From: a virus
Virus record (IMG/VR): IMGVR_UViG_3300046168_000026
Location: 1 to 64,000 of that record
Strand: one strand, 5' to 3'
Length of the DNA: 64,000 nucleotides
Shown here: piece by piece, positions 31,144 to 40,037 of the stretch
Layout: each line of letters begins with the position of its first letter
Position numbering within the stretch: the stretch's first letter is position 1
Notes under the pieces: generated by a model
The model's database searches: none
Seen by the model: the letters and a program-made list of their open reading frames with translations, nothing else
Told to the model about the DNA's origin: nothing
Position numbers and translations under genes: made by a program

Positions 31144-31309
31144 CTTTAAATTCTACTAAACTATCTAAATATTCCATTGAATCAGAACTGCCTATTAGAC
31201 AATCCACCTTCGGTCCGTTGTATCTATTCAACACCGACTCGGCGCCCCAATCTTCAACCATCTTTTTAAGTTCTTCTATGGTTGGTAAATGTACTTTATT
31301 AAATCCCAT
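31121..31309 (-). CDS. Hypothetical protein
   Basis: Start re-called at MGFNKVH to avoid a long overlap. Confidence 0.5.
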   Translation of the reverse strand: MGFNKVHLPTIEELKKMVEDWGAESVLNRYNGPKVDCLIGSSDSMEYLDSLVEFKDEQDEVE

Positions 31310-31580
31310 CTTTATTTTTTTTATCCCAAAAATGTTTCTCGTTTTCTTTTCCCATCTTCTTGATTGAATCCCATTTCTTTTTATCAATAGTATCACCTCT
31401 AAGTGACGCGTCAAGGAAACTTATCTTTTTTAATTCATGTGAATTTAAAGGTCGACTCTTTGTTTTTAGATATGCTGATTTTGAATCGAGATATTCTAAG
31501 AACCAATCAAAATTATGTTGAGCCATCTCGTCAAGTTCTTTATCCGTAAGTGGATTTTCAGGGTCGTACTTTGTAGTCAT
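31299..31580 (-). CDS. Hypothetical protein
   Basis: ORF behind a host-type promoter at about 31586-31617. Confidence 0.5.
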   Translation of the reverse strand: MTTKYDPENPLTDKELDEMAQHNFDWFLEYLDSKSAYLKTKSRPLNSHELKKISFLDASLRGDTIDKKKWDSIKKMGKENEKHFWDKKNKDGI

Positions 31581-31601
31581 AACTTTAAATATACAAAAAT
31601 T

Positions 31602-32048
31602 TTACTTATTTACCAAACTTTGTCTCTTCAATCTTTCAACGAGATAGAACTCATAGACTTGTTCTGCGTCCATTAGTCTACTCTTCATAACCTTATTCCA
31701 AAGACAAAATCCAAATTCTTTTTCTAATTCTTTTTTAAGAAGGTCTAATGTTTTTATTTCGTCACGATGACCTTCTTCATCTAATTTATTTGCTCGGACA
31801 TTTTTCATATAAGACTTTTGCCTAGCCTCATTCACATATCCCCAATAGTCATTTGAATTTGGATTCTTGTAGTAACCTTCCATTACCTCATCGTAAATGG
31901 CAGAGGCCAGCTGTCTTGCTGCCTCTGCCTCTGAGTAATAATGAGAGTAATCGAAATCACCATTGTTAATTCTTTCTATCAAGGATTTTTTTACTGATAG
32001 TTTTTTCTTCCTACCATTTGTCCACCATCTAAATTTGTTATATCCCAT
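31602..32048 (-). CDS. Hypothetical protein
   Basis: ORF. Confidence 0.5.
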   Translation of the reverse strand: MGYNKFRWWTNGRKKKLSVKKSLIERINNGDFDYSHYYSEAEAARQLASAIYDEVMEGYYKNPNSNDYWGYVNEARQKSYMKNVRANKLDEEGHRDEIKTLDLLKKELEKEFGFCLWNKVMKSRLMDAEQVYEFYLVERLKRQSLVNK

Positions 32049-32051
32049 ATC

Positions 32052-33314
32052 TTAGTAAGGAGATTCTACTTCATCAGTATTAAACAAATCTTCATTCTCT
32101 GGAACCTCACCCAAAAACTTTTGGATGAATTGTTTCATATAAACTCTTTCAGACTGAGCCCCACCACTTTGGTCAAACATTGGGTAGATAGTAATCTCAG
32201 CAGCTTCACCTAATTCGAAACCATCGTAGAGTAGAGAACCAATCTCAACTGCCGTTCTCGTAGACAATGCGTTACTAAGTTTTGGATTTTCAGACATCAA
32301 GTCACCTCTTGTCATTGAAGTAATCTCAGCAACATTAGACAAAATGTTTTCATCAACCGAAGGATACATCATTTGAAGAAGTTGAGTTTCCTCTTCGTGA
32401 GTTAGAGTGTCCATTTCGATAACAGTAAATCTGTCTAACATCGCTCTGTCAAGAGCTCTTGTAGCGGTGTACTCATTACCGATGTTAGCCGATGCGATGA
32501 ACGAAACACCATCAGCGACCTTGACAACAGGAGCGTTAGCCGCTTCATCTAATCTCAAGTATCTTTGACCTTGGTCAAGAACCGTCATTAGAATATTGTG
32601 AGCCTCAGGGTGAGCTCTCGTCAACTCATCAAGGATGATAACAGTATTTGGTGTTTGAATCGCCTTAACAAAAGGTGAAGTGTTGAACACCGTACCTTGT
32701 TTGGAATCGAACTGAGTGTTACCAATCAGAGTTGTTCTTGGGTCTTGAGTAGAACCAAGGTTGATGATGAAGGTGTTGTAACCTTCGAGTGAATTAGCCG
32801 CTGCTTTAGCCGCCATAGTTTTACCACAACCGGCAGGGCCAGTCATCATAATGTTTTTACCTCTAAGAATGTTTCTTACTAAGTACTTCCACTTTAGGGA
32901 CTGCATGAATAACATCTTAGGTTTTAGACCTTCTGACTTTTCGTGAATGAAACTAAGAACATCAGAAGTCATCGCTTCAGTAGCGACAGAGACAGGTTCA
33001 GGTTTAGAATACTCAAGAGCGACAAGACCGCCATTAGGAGCGGTGAAGTTACCAACTGGCTCAAGGTTTTCTTCTACCTTAGATGCCGGAACTCTTGTGA
33101 AGTCAATCTTACCATCAGTTAGTCTACCACTAACTCTAACTTTGAACCCATACTTGTCGGGTCTTTTGAAGGATTGTCTTACCCTTTTGTAAAGGTTAGT
33201 ACCTTCTTCATTGAACTCAGGAATCAAGAACTGCTTTCCTGCCGAATCTTCAAATAGAAACTTTCCATCTACTTGAACAATCTTTCCGAATACTGATTTT
33301 TGTGCTTTCATCAT
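32052..33314 (-). CDS. MoxR/CbbQ/CobS-like AAA+ ATPase
   Basis: GPAGCGKT, IILDELTRA, SANIG, LDRAMLDRF, STR. Confidence 0.88.
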   Translation of the reverse strand: MMKAQKSVFGKIVQVDGKFLFEDSAGKQFLIPEFNEEGTNLYKRVRQSFKRPDKYGFKVRVSGRLTDGKIDFTRVPASKVEENLEPVGNFTAPNGGLVALEYSKPEPVSVATEAMTSDVLSFIHEKSEGLKPKMLFMQSLKWKYLVRNILRGKNIMMTGPAGCGKTMAAKAAANSLEGYNTFIINLGSTQDPRTTLIGNTQFDSKQGTVFNTSPFVKAIQTPNTVIILDELTRAHPEAHNILMTVLDQGQRYLRLDEAANAPVVKVADGVSFIASANIGNEYTATRALDRAMLDRFTVIEMDTLTHEEETQLLQMMYPSVDENILSNVAEITSMTRGDLMSENPKLSNALSTRTAVEIGSLLYDGFELGEAAEITIYPMFDQSGGAQSERVYMKQFIQKFLGEVPENEDLFNTDEVESPY

Positions 33315-33358
33315 TTTTACTTTTTAATTATTAATTACTCTTATTACTTATTACTCTA

Positions 33359-33419
33359 CTAAAGTACGACATTAATTTGACAATTCCAAATTTCTAATGT
33401 TAAGAAATTGTTAAATTTT
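33359..33419 (-). promoter_or_regulatory. TTAACA-N5-TTAACA promoter element, copy B
   Basis: AAAATTTAACAATTTCTTAACATTAGAAATTTGG...CGTACTTTAG. Confidence 0.75.
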
Positions 33420-35558
33420 CACCTCGAACTTTTTATTTAATGTTTTGGCTAACTGAGTCATGTTATCAACATTGATAAACTCTGAGTCCTTTCCGTACAT
33501 TTCCTCAAACTGAGTCTTACTACTTCCATAGTATCCATCAGAGATAAAGTAAGATAGGACACCGACACCTGCGTTTCTAACTTTCTTAACTTGGTCAGCC
33601 GTATGTTTTACTGCGTAGTCACCACCATAACTAATTTCTTTGTTGTCAAAGCCAGGCCATCCATCTGAGAAATTGATTAGGTAACTTTCTACGCCATTTT
33701 TTGTATTGGTCAACTCTTTTAGAATCGCTTCAAAACACAACCCTTCAGGAGTAGTTCCACTTGGTGAAATGTATTTAAACAAGTTTACAATTTTAGAAAA
33801 CTTATCTTTTCTTGAATCATATGCAATCATCATTAGAGGTTGACATCCACTTCCACTATTGTAGTAGATACCTCTATAAGAAATCACTACATTCATATTG
33901 TCGGTCATCGATGCCGCCTTTGCAATCGCTACGGCTGCCGTTTGAGTGTTGTACCACTTGTCACCACCCATAGAAGAACTTGCGTCAATCGAGATGTGTA
34001 CTAAACAAGGAGTCGCCGTATTGATATTGATTTGGTCAAAGATTTGGAAGTTACCGAAACCAATCTCGTGTAACATTCTACCATTTAACTTACCACTCTT
34101 CATTCTTGGAGTGTTGTCGATTCTCTCTTCGTTTCTTGTCTTAAGTTTCTTACCTAAGATAGTTCCAAGTGTAATACCTTTTCTAACTGCCGTATCGTTT
34201 GAATCAACTCTCCAACTTCCTAAGTGACCAATCATACCTGAGTCAATCAATGATTGATTTACATTTCTGATTACATAGGTCTGAACACCTTGAGATTGAT
34301 TTCTCCAATAACCTTGGTCAAGTCCTTTGCCTGTAACCTCAGTTTCGATATCAGCTTTATCAAGAACATCGATTTTCTTTTTGTCAGCCTTAGTGATTGT
34401 AGTTTTTTTGATATCACCATCTAAGAACTTCTTTTGTTTCTCGATAGCGTTATCTAACATTTTCTTTTGTTTATCATTCAAAGGTTGGTAGTCACCGCCA
34501 GCACCATTCTTGTTACCGAGGCCAGTTGGTTGAGGACTACCTTCTTCGGTAGAACCATCATCCTTACCATCATCACCCTTAGAGTCTTTACCTTTACCAC
34601 TTCCGTTACCTTCCATTGGTGAACCATCAGAAGTTGGATTGTCATCAGAAGACATCTCAGACTTACCATTAGTATCATTGTCATCACCACCCATTTCTTT
34701 TTCAGATGACTTAGATTCATACTCAGCGTCTTGTACATTTTCGTGGATAATCATATAAATCTGACCTGCCACTTCGAGTGCGTCATTTGATGTTCTTAGT
34801 CTTGAAATATTTTTAAGGTCAAGAAGATTCCAAATCTGTTTCAATCCTTTAAGAGCTTTGAGGTCTCTGTTAGAGTTAGTGATGTTAATCAATCTAAACA
34901 TATAAGAATCCCAAGTCTCGTCTCTATGTTCTGAAGACTTAAGACCTTTGTCCACTACATTAGAGTGGAAGTACTTGTTATACATTGACTCATAGTACCC
35001 TCTATAACCAGGCGCTGATTTGTAAATGTAATTGTCAATTCGTCTGTCCTCAACATAGTTAAGTAAATCTTTTAACTTACTTACAATGTCTCTTCTTTTT
35101 GACCACCATGCGGTAGAATACTCATCACCATCTTCAACCATTTGAATATATGATGATAAAGTTTTTACCCAAGGTAACATAGATTTTGGAAACCCTTGAA
35201 GACCATTGTTGTCCATCAGAGTTTTTAACATTTCGAAGTCAGTAAGTTTGATGTGAGAACCTTCGTGAAGTGCTAACCCAACCACAGGGTCGAATTCTTT
35301 GTCATTCATTTTAGCTGATATAACAACCTCTTTACCATCGGTGTAACTATCATCACCCCTACCATTAAAGGTAACGGGAATAGGTTGGCCTGTAACGATA
35401 CTAACGAAGTTACTGATTGACTTTTTGTATGCCATCAACTTCATTAAGTCATTAGACTTCTTCTCAATTTTGTTAGGTTCATTATCCGTATCCCATATTG
35501 ACTTGTCAAGCCAGAAGGAAGAATAATTCATGTGGTTTGTATTTCGCATAATTCTCAT
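33411..35558 (-). CDS. CobT-like protein: N-terminal zincin metallopeptidase plus C-terminal VWA domain
   Basis: LHEGSH and NYVEDRRI; acidic linker; MIDAS DASSS, GTTPE, FSDG. Confidence 0.82.
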   Translation of the reverse strand: MRIMRNTNHMNYSSFWLDKSIWDTDNEPNKIEKKSNDLMKLMAYKKSISNFVSIVTGQPIPVTFNGRGDDSYTDGKEVVISAKMNDKEFDPVVGLALHEGSHIKLTDFEMLKTLMDNNGLQGFPKSMLPWVKTLSSYIQMVEDGDEYSTAWWSKRRDIVSKLKDLLNYVEDRRIDNYIYKSAPGYRGYYESMYNKYFHSNVVDKGLKSSEHRDETWDSYMFRLINITNSNRDLKALKGLKQIWNLLDLKNISRLRTSNDALEVAGQIYMIIHENVQDAEYESKSSEKEMGGDDNDTNGKSEMSSDDNPTSDGSPMEGNGSGKGKDSKGDDGKDDGSTEEGSPQPTGLGNKNGAGGDYQPLNDKQKKMLDNAIEKQKKFLDGDIKKTTITKADKKKIDVLDKADIETEVTGKGLDQGYWRNQSQGVQTYVIRNVNQSLIDSGMIGHLGSWRVDSNDTAVRKGITLGTILGKKLKTRNEERIDNTPRMKSGKLNGRMLHEIGFGNFQIFDQININTATPCLVHISIDASSSMGGDKWYNTQTAAVAIAKAASMTDNMNVVISYRGIYYNSGSGCQPLMMIAYDSRKDKFSKIVNLFKYISPSGTTPEGLCFEAILKELTNTKNGVESYLINFSDGWPGFDNKEISYGGDYAVKHTADQVKKVRNAGVGVLSYFISDGYYGSSKTQFEEMYGKDSEFINVDNMTQLAKTLNKKFEVKI

Positions 35559-35574
35559 TTTTTAATCTTACAAT

Positions 35575-35636
35575 ATAAAGATAAGACATTTTTGTCTAAT
35601 TGCCAAATTTCTAATGTTAAGAAATTGTTAAATTTT
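35575..35636 (-). promoter_or_regulatory. TTAACA-N5-TTAACA promoter element, copy C
   Basis: Repeat-to-TTTGG core identical to copy B. Confidence 0.75.
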
Positions 35637-35768
35637 GCCTTTATGTTTTTCTTTACGAGTATAGTGTTTCTTGCTTTTATGAGGCATTGGAACCCTGAGT
35701 GAATCTCTCCACTCTTGAAAGGTAAGGGTTACCTTCTCTAATTTGATATTTTTATCTGATTTAGCCAT
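35628..35768 (-). CDS. 46-aa basic protein with ArfA-like C-terminal motif (absent from the ORF track)
   Basis: MAKSDKNIKLEKVTLTFQEWRDSLRVPMPHKSKKHYTRKEKHKGKI between two promoter copies. Confidence 0.55.
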   Translation of the reverse strand: MAKSDKNIKLEKVTLTFQEWRDSLRVPMPHKSKKHYTRKEKHKGKI

Positions 35769-35793
35769 AATGCCTTATCTCTTTCTTTACTAT

Positions 35794-35852
35794 GTAAAGA
35801 TAGTGAATTAAGTTGGTATTGCCAAACTTTAAATGTTAAAATTTTGTTAAAG
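35794..35852 (-). promoter_or_regulatory. TTAACA-N5-TTAACA promoter element, copy D
   Basis: CTTTAACAAAATTTTAACATTTAAAGTTTGG...TATCTTTAC. Confidence 0.7.
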
Positions 35853-35878
35853 TTTTCAACACTATATGTTAATAACTA

Positions 35879-36229
35879 TTATAGTTTACCTTCGTCTCGT
35901 AGATTTTGACGAATTTTTGTAGCAGATATATCGTGAATATCGCCTGGTGGGATGTGTTCTATTATCTCGTAACCAACACCCCGACCATAGTTTACAGATT
36001 CAATATCAGGTATTATTATTATTCTAACTCTACCATCATGTATAAGGTCTTGAAGTTCTATATGTAGATTCTCGTATACTTCTTGTGGTGTATATGGTTG
36101 GTTCTCATTCGGTTCAACATCACGAATAGCAACACAAACATTCTTACCTTCGTTTAATCGTTGGTCGATTAACCATCGGTGTCCTTTATGCCAAGGTTGC
36201 CATCTACCTATGAATAGTGAGTACTTCAT
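35879..36229 (-). CDS. Small HxGH nucleotidyltransferase, candidate minimal ATP sulfurylase
   Basis: GRWQPWHKGH, ISATKIR; overlaps cysC. Confidence 0.7.
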   Translation of the reverse strand: MKYSLFIGRWQPWHKGHRWLIDQRLNEGKNVCVAIRDVEPNENQPYTPQEVYENLHIELQDLIHDGRVRIIIIPDIESVNYGRGVGYEIIEHIPPGDIHDISATKIRQNLRDEGKL

Positions 36230-36641
36230 TTAATGTTTGTATTGGTAGTTTATCATCGGTACATAACCATATATCATCTGTACCTATTTCCATTGCGTCT
36301 GTATGGTAGTGTTCTCGTCCTCTAACTTCTTGTGTAAATAAGTAAAACATTTTAGGGTTTAAATCTAATAGTTCATCTCGTACATCTTTGTATGGACCAA
36401 CAACTGATATGACTACATGAAAGTTTTTATGGTGAAGGAATCTGGCAATAGTAGTAACCTTTCTCATATTGTTCTTACGACCCTCTTCACTATAATCAGT
36501 ATTACTAAATACCTCTCTCATAAAATCACCATCGATATGTATTACAGGGTTACCAATGGTCTTATACTCGAAGTGTTCTTTTAAAAGTTTTGCTATTGTT
36601 GTCTTACCTGCGCCGGGCTGACCATAGAACCAATATATCAT
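36204..36641 (-). CDS. cysC: Adenylylsulfate (APS) kinase-like
   Basis: GQPGAGKTT, IDGD..R, YS.EGR..N, P...VRD; shortened lid. Confidence 0.75.
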   Translation of the reverse strand: MIYWFYGQPGAGKTTIAKLLKEHFEYKTIGNPVIHIDGDFMREVFSNTDYSEEGRKNNMRKVTTIARFLHHKNFHVVISVVGPYKDVRDELLDLNPKMFYLFTQEVRGREHYHTDAMEIGTDDIWLCTDDKLPIQTLNEVLTIHR

Positions 36642-37267
36642 TCGTACAACCAATTGTCAAGTTCTTCGACTTGAATTAAACCTAAGTCTTCTTCTCGATT
36701 TGCATCCATGATATTAAACTCATAAAATGGATTGTGTCTTTGTACGAGTGGTGTATCCATAAAGAAATTATTTTGAACAATACCAATACCCCAATCAGTA
36801 TCTACTACGCAAACCTTTAAATCTGTTCTACTTGTTCTTAACTCATAGATTGCTTTCCATACCGTACCATTCCATTCTCTATATTCACCATCCACCAAGT
36901 AGTCTTCTCTTGCCATAAAAGAATTTGGTGGATTACAATCGTGTAATAATATGTAACCATTTGGATTTAGATATCTAAGAGAATTGTGAATGTCTTTTTT
37001 TACCTGATAAGATTTGTGTAACCCATCTATGAATACAACATCGAATCTATCATTAGGTCTTCTATCATCCATGAATCTAAAAAACTCATCAGATGTCATC
37101 GTATGGTCAACAGGATTTTCTTCGAACTCAACGCCAGGGTCTACACCCTCTTTGTGTTCACATTGTACTTTGTCAAAACAATGAGTAGGGTCACATACAC
37201 CGATTTCAAGATACTTTTTAAAATCGTTCTCTTTTATTAGTTTGTTTATAATATCAAATCTATACAT
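36638..37267 (-). CDS. Class I SAM-dependent methyltransferase (Methyltransf_24-like)
   Basis: YLEIGV, GVDP, FIDGLH, LHDCNP; start re-called at MYRFD because the longer ORF runs through tRNA-Glu. Confidence 0.8.
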   Translation of the reverse strand: MYRFDIINKLIKENDFKKYLEIGVCDPTHCFDKVQCEHKEGVDPGVEFEENPVDHTMTSDEFFRFMDDRRPNDRFDVVFIDGLHKSYQVKKDIHNSLRYLNPNGYILLHDCNPPNSFMAREDYLVDGEYREWNGTVWKAIYELRTSRTDLKVCVVDTDWGIGIVQNNFFMDTPLVQRHNPFYEFNIMDANREEDLGLIQVEELDNWLYE

Positions 37268-37281
37268 AATAAAATTTATTG

Positions 37282-37353
37282 TAGCCCCTAGGAGAATCGA
37301 ACTCCTCTTTCCAGGATGAAAACCTGGCGTCCTAACCGATAGACGAAGGGGCC
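37282..37353 (-). tRNA. tRNA-Glu(TTC)
   Basis: GGCCCCT...CCAGG TT TTC AT CCTGG...TTCGATT...AGGGGCT A. Confidence 0.93.
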
Positions 37354-37363
37354 AGTATATTAG

Positions 37364-37435
37364 AGCGGAAAGGTGGAACTGCCCCACCATCTCCACATTG
37401 GTAATGTGGCGAGTTTCTTTTAACTCTTTTCCCGC
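37364..37435 (-). tRNA. Non-canonical tRNA-Gly-like RNA (anticodon ACC)
   Basis: GCGGGAA AA GAGTT AAAAGA AACTC G CCACA TTACCAA TGTGG AGAT GGTGG GGCAGTT CCACC TTTCCGC T. Confidence 0.75.
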
Positions 37436-37439
37436 TTAG

Positions 37440-37511
37440 AGCGGAAGGTTGGAACTGCCCCAACTCCTTTGTACTGGATGTACAACGACTTTCTTTTAAG
37501 TCTTCTCCCGC
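37440..37511 (-). tRNA. Non-canonical tRNA-Gly-like RNA (anticodon TCC)
   Basis: GCGGGAG AA GACTT AAAAGA AAGTC G TTGTA CATCCAG TACAA AGGA GTTGG GGCAGTT CCAAC CTTCCGC T. Confidence 0.75.
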
Positions 37512-37522
37512 GATTGTTTACA

Positions 37523-37553
37523 CAATATACAAAATAAAATTGACATGGCCAAA
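37523..37553 (-). promoter_or_regulatory. Host-type promoter directly upstream of the tRNA-Gly-like pair
   Basis: TTTGG...TGTATATTG ending about 11 nt before G1. Confidence 0.6.
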
Positions 37554-37560
37554 TTTTTAG

Positions 37561-37634
37561 TGGAGAATATCGGAGTCGAACCGATGACCTCTTCGGTGCA
37601 AGCGAAGCGCTCTAGCCATCTGAGCTAATTCCCC
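37561..37634 (-). tRNA. tRNA-Ala(TGC)
   Basis: GGGGAAT...CTTCG CT TGC AC CGAAG...TTCGACT; G3:U70 pair. Confidence 0.93.
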
Positions 37635-37643
37635 AATAAAGAT

Positions 37644-37913
37644 TTATCCTTTTAACAATTCCTTTTCATCCGATTCGGATACAGGAATGTCGTGACCATA
37701 TTCTTTACCAAAGTTTTTAGTAAGTACCGACAACTTGCCAGTTGCGGATTCTAACTTACCTAATAACTTATCGATTTCTTCTGTGTGTTGTGGATGTTCA
37801 CCTATCGCAACAGGTGATTCAAAGTAGATTGATAATGTCGCCCTTGCGTCCATTATTTCTGCAGTATACTTTGCCTCTAAGGCTTGGTATAATCTTCTTG
37901 ATAATTTACTCAT
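37644..37913 (-). CDS. Conserved phage hypothetical protein
   Basis: Y...PVAIGEHPQ motif common in T4-like phages. Confidence 0.6.
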   Translation of the reverse strand: MSKLSRRLYQALEAKYTAEIMDARATLSIYFESPVAIGEHPQHTEEIDKLLGKLESATGKLSVLTKNFGKEYGHDIPVSESDEKELLKG

Positions 37914-37961
37914 AACAAATTTGTTTTTAATAGTTAACTTTATATAAATATAATTTTATTT

Positions 37962-38261
37962 TTAATCAACGCTATATAGATTATATTTTAGCGTTATCTC
38001 TTCATCACTTGGGATTGGTCTAAGTGTAAACAACATTAGATTCCCATCGATATCTTGTCTTACTTCACAATTGGGAGTATCACTATGATTTATGAATCCA
38101 CCCAATGGTGTTCTGATATATCCGTTTTCAAACTTATCGTTAGGTATATGAGTGACTCCTATGAATCTTGCGTGTGGTAACGACTCGGTTGAATACAATC
38201 CTAACCCTTCAATTTCAGATTGTTTAATTGTAACTTCTTTTGGTAGTGGTCTATATGTCAT
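37962..38261 (-). CDS. SET-domain protein
   Basis: S.IEGLGLY, FINHSDTPNC, EEITLKY. Confidence 0.85.
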   Translation of the reverse strand: MTYRPLPKEVTIKQSEIEGLGLYSTESLPHARFIGVTHIPNDKFENGYIRTPLGGFINHSDTPNCEVRQDIDGNLMLFTLRPIPSDEEITLKYNLYSVD

Positions 38262-39009
38262 GTGGTTGGGTTAATGAGTTATTATACATCTCTGTTCTGT
38301 ATTGTACACCGACACATTCATTCAATGCGAATGTAATCAAGTCTTTTTCAAAGATATAGTTGAGGTCTGTTCGTGGTGTTTCACAATATAATGCAGGTAG
38401 GAATTCGTCAATAACAAATATCATTTTTTTATACTTAGCTAAATGATTCTCTACTAACTTTTTAATTCCGTTCTTACTTAACAACAATGCGTGAGTTTGA
38501 TATGAGTAGCCAGGTTTACATATCATATCATCTATTGGAGTATCTTGAACACCTTCAAATCCTGTTTGAAGTAATCTACCTAAATAAAATAAATCATAGT
38601 TCATAGATTTTACTTTATCAAGTTGTGACCAATCCATAGGTTTTTCAAATACAAAGTCATCTTCATATACAAGTATATTATCGTATCCATTCTTATATGC
38701 ATCTTCCCATATAGCGATATGAGATAGTGTACATCCAATCTCACCCAATGTGACATCTCTTTGCCAGTAACGATTAGCATTATCTTTTACATAGACATCA
38801 CTTGTATTTAAGTTCCAATCTTTATATGCTTCAATCCCCATCAATTGCATATGATGAGTTGTCAACTTCCTACCATCAATACCAAGTACTTCAAATGGAA
38901 CTTCATGTGGTAGTCCAACCTTGTCTATCTCTTTTAGAATAGATGCGATGTGTTCATCACTCCAATCTAAACTAACAATGTATATTTTATCTATCGCCTT
39001 TTCGGTCAT
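38251..39009 (-). CDS. Glycosyltransferase family 25
   Basis: IDG, GEIGCTLSHIAIW, VYEDD, IDEFL. Confidence 0.85.
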   Translation of the reverse strand: MTEKAIDKIYIVSLDWSDEHIASILKEIDKVGLPHEVPFEVLGIDGRKLTTHHMQLMGIEAYKDWNLNTSDVYVKDNANRYWQRDVTLGEIGCTLSHIAIWEDAYKNGYDNILVYEDDFVFEKPMDWSQLDKVKSMNYDLFYLGRLLQTGFEGVQDTPIDDMICKPGYSYQTHALLLSKNGIKKLVENHLAKYKKMIFVIDEFLPALYCETPRTDLNYIFEKDLITFALNECVGVQYRTEMYNNSLTQPHDI

Positions 39010-39112
39010 GTAACTCCTGTTGTAGTTTCTGAATTTGTAGTTTGTCCTTTTGAGTTTGGGGTCTTTTCATTTTCAACTCAAGAATCTTCGCAATGATTTC
39101 TTTATCACTCAT

Positions 39113-39463
39113 TTAGTTTTTCTTTTTTAATTGTGTTAGTATATCAGTTACAAACTCACCTGCGTAAACCTTAGAACCAACACTCCACTTAGTGTTAAAT
39201 GTTTCAGCCACAGTCAACGCATCCCCACTTCTATATTGTTTGTCGGTTTTAAAATCATAGATGGTAAAACATGCGCCGTCCATTTCTCTTTTAAAGACCC
39301 ATTGTTTTTGAACCTTACCATCAGCACTTGGTTCATTGAATGTCGGTTCACCGAATGCTTGAATTAATTGTTTATAAGACCATCCAATAAGATAATCCTT
39401 TTTACTCGTCCCATCACATAAGGTGGACGCTAGTTGTTTGTCTCGAATTAAATTGTATTTCAT
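39113..39463 (-). CDS. Conserved phage hypothetical protein
   Basis: Y..L...FGEP...DGKV..QW...FTIYD pattern. Confidence 0.55.
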   Translation of the reverse strand: MKYNLIRDKQLASTLCDGTSKKDYLIGWSYKQLIQAFGEPTFNEPSADGKVQKQWVFKREMDGACFTIYDFKTDKQYRSGDALTVAETFNTKWSVGSKVYAGEFVTDILTQLKKKN

Positions 39464-39540
39464 AGTGTGTTTTTTTTAATTTTTTCGTGTGAAAAGGAAA
39501 CTTCGTTTCCACCTTGCACCTTTGCACCTTGGCGGCTTAG

Positions 39541-39771
39541 TCACTTTTTCATATTGTCGAACCACGATTTCCAAAAGTTGTACCAAAATATCCATGCCGT
39601 TATCGGCCATAGAAGGAACGACCAAACCCTTTGTTCGTTTGAGGGGTTGTAAGGTTGACTCAATGCTCCCTTTCTATCTGCCCAATCCAATATAAGATTT
39701 ATTATGATTGTACTGATACATCCTACTATGATATACATAGATATATAATCAAATGTTGTTAATGTGTTCAT
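39541..39771 (-). CDS. Small membrane protein
   Basis: Two hydrophobic helices, LLWP. Confidence 0.5.
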   Translation of the reverse strand: MNTLTTFDYISMYIIVGCISTIIINLILDWADRKGALSQPYNPSNEQRVWSFLLWPITAWIFWYNFWKSWFDNMKK

Positions 39772-39893
39772 ATTATTAATTTAGTTATCTATAATTATCT
39801 GAATCGGATATAGTTGTACATAGGTTCTTTTGGATTACTCGTAGGTACGATACCTTGTCTATACGCTGGAGTATTAGTATCATATCTTTGAAT

Positions 39894-40037
39894 TCACCAA
39901 AATTTATACCATGGTTTCGGTCTCAACTCAATCTCATCTATCAACCACTTCAATCTCTCACCTGCCATCATTGAACAATCCGATTCACATAACTCTGCGA
40001 TTTGTTTCAATTGTTTTACTATCTTACTATTATCCAT
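39894..40037 (-). CDS. 47-aa protein ending KPWYKFW
   Basis: Manual translation MDNSKIVKQ...RPKPWYKFW. Confidence 0.45.
   Translation of the reverse strand: MDNSKIVKQLKQIAELCESDCSMMAGERLKWLIDEIELRPKPWYKFW

Noticed and set aside
33396-33419. Exact CtrA box match implying an alphaproteobacterial host
   Set aside because: Promoter cores, leaders and gene content point to Bacteroidota; shared OmpR-family geometry can explain the match.
37268-37396. N-terminal extension of the methyltransferase ORF
   Set aside because: It runs through tRNA-Glu and a tRNA-Gly-like gene; the real start is at 37267.
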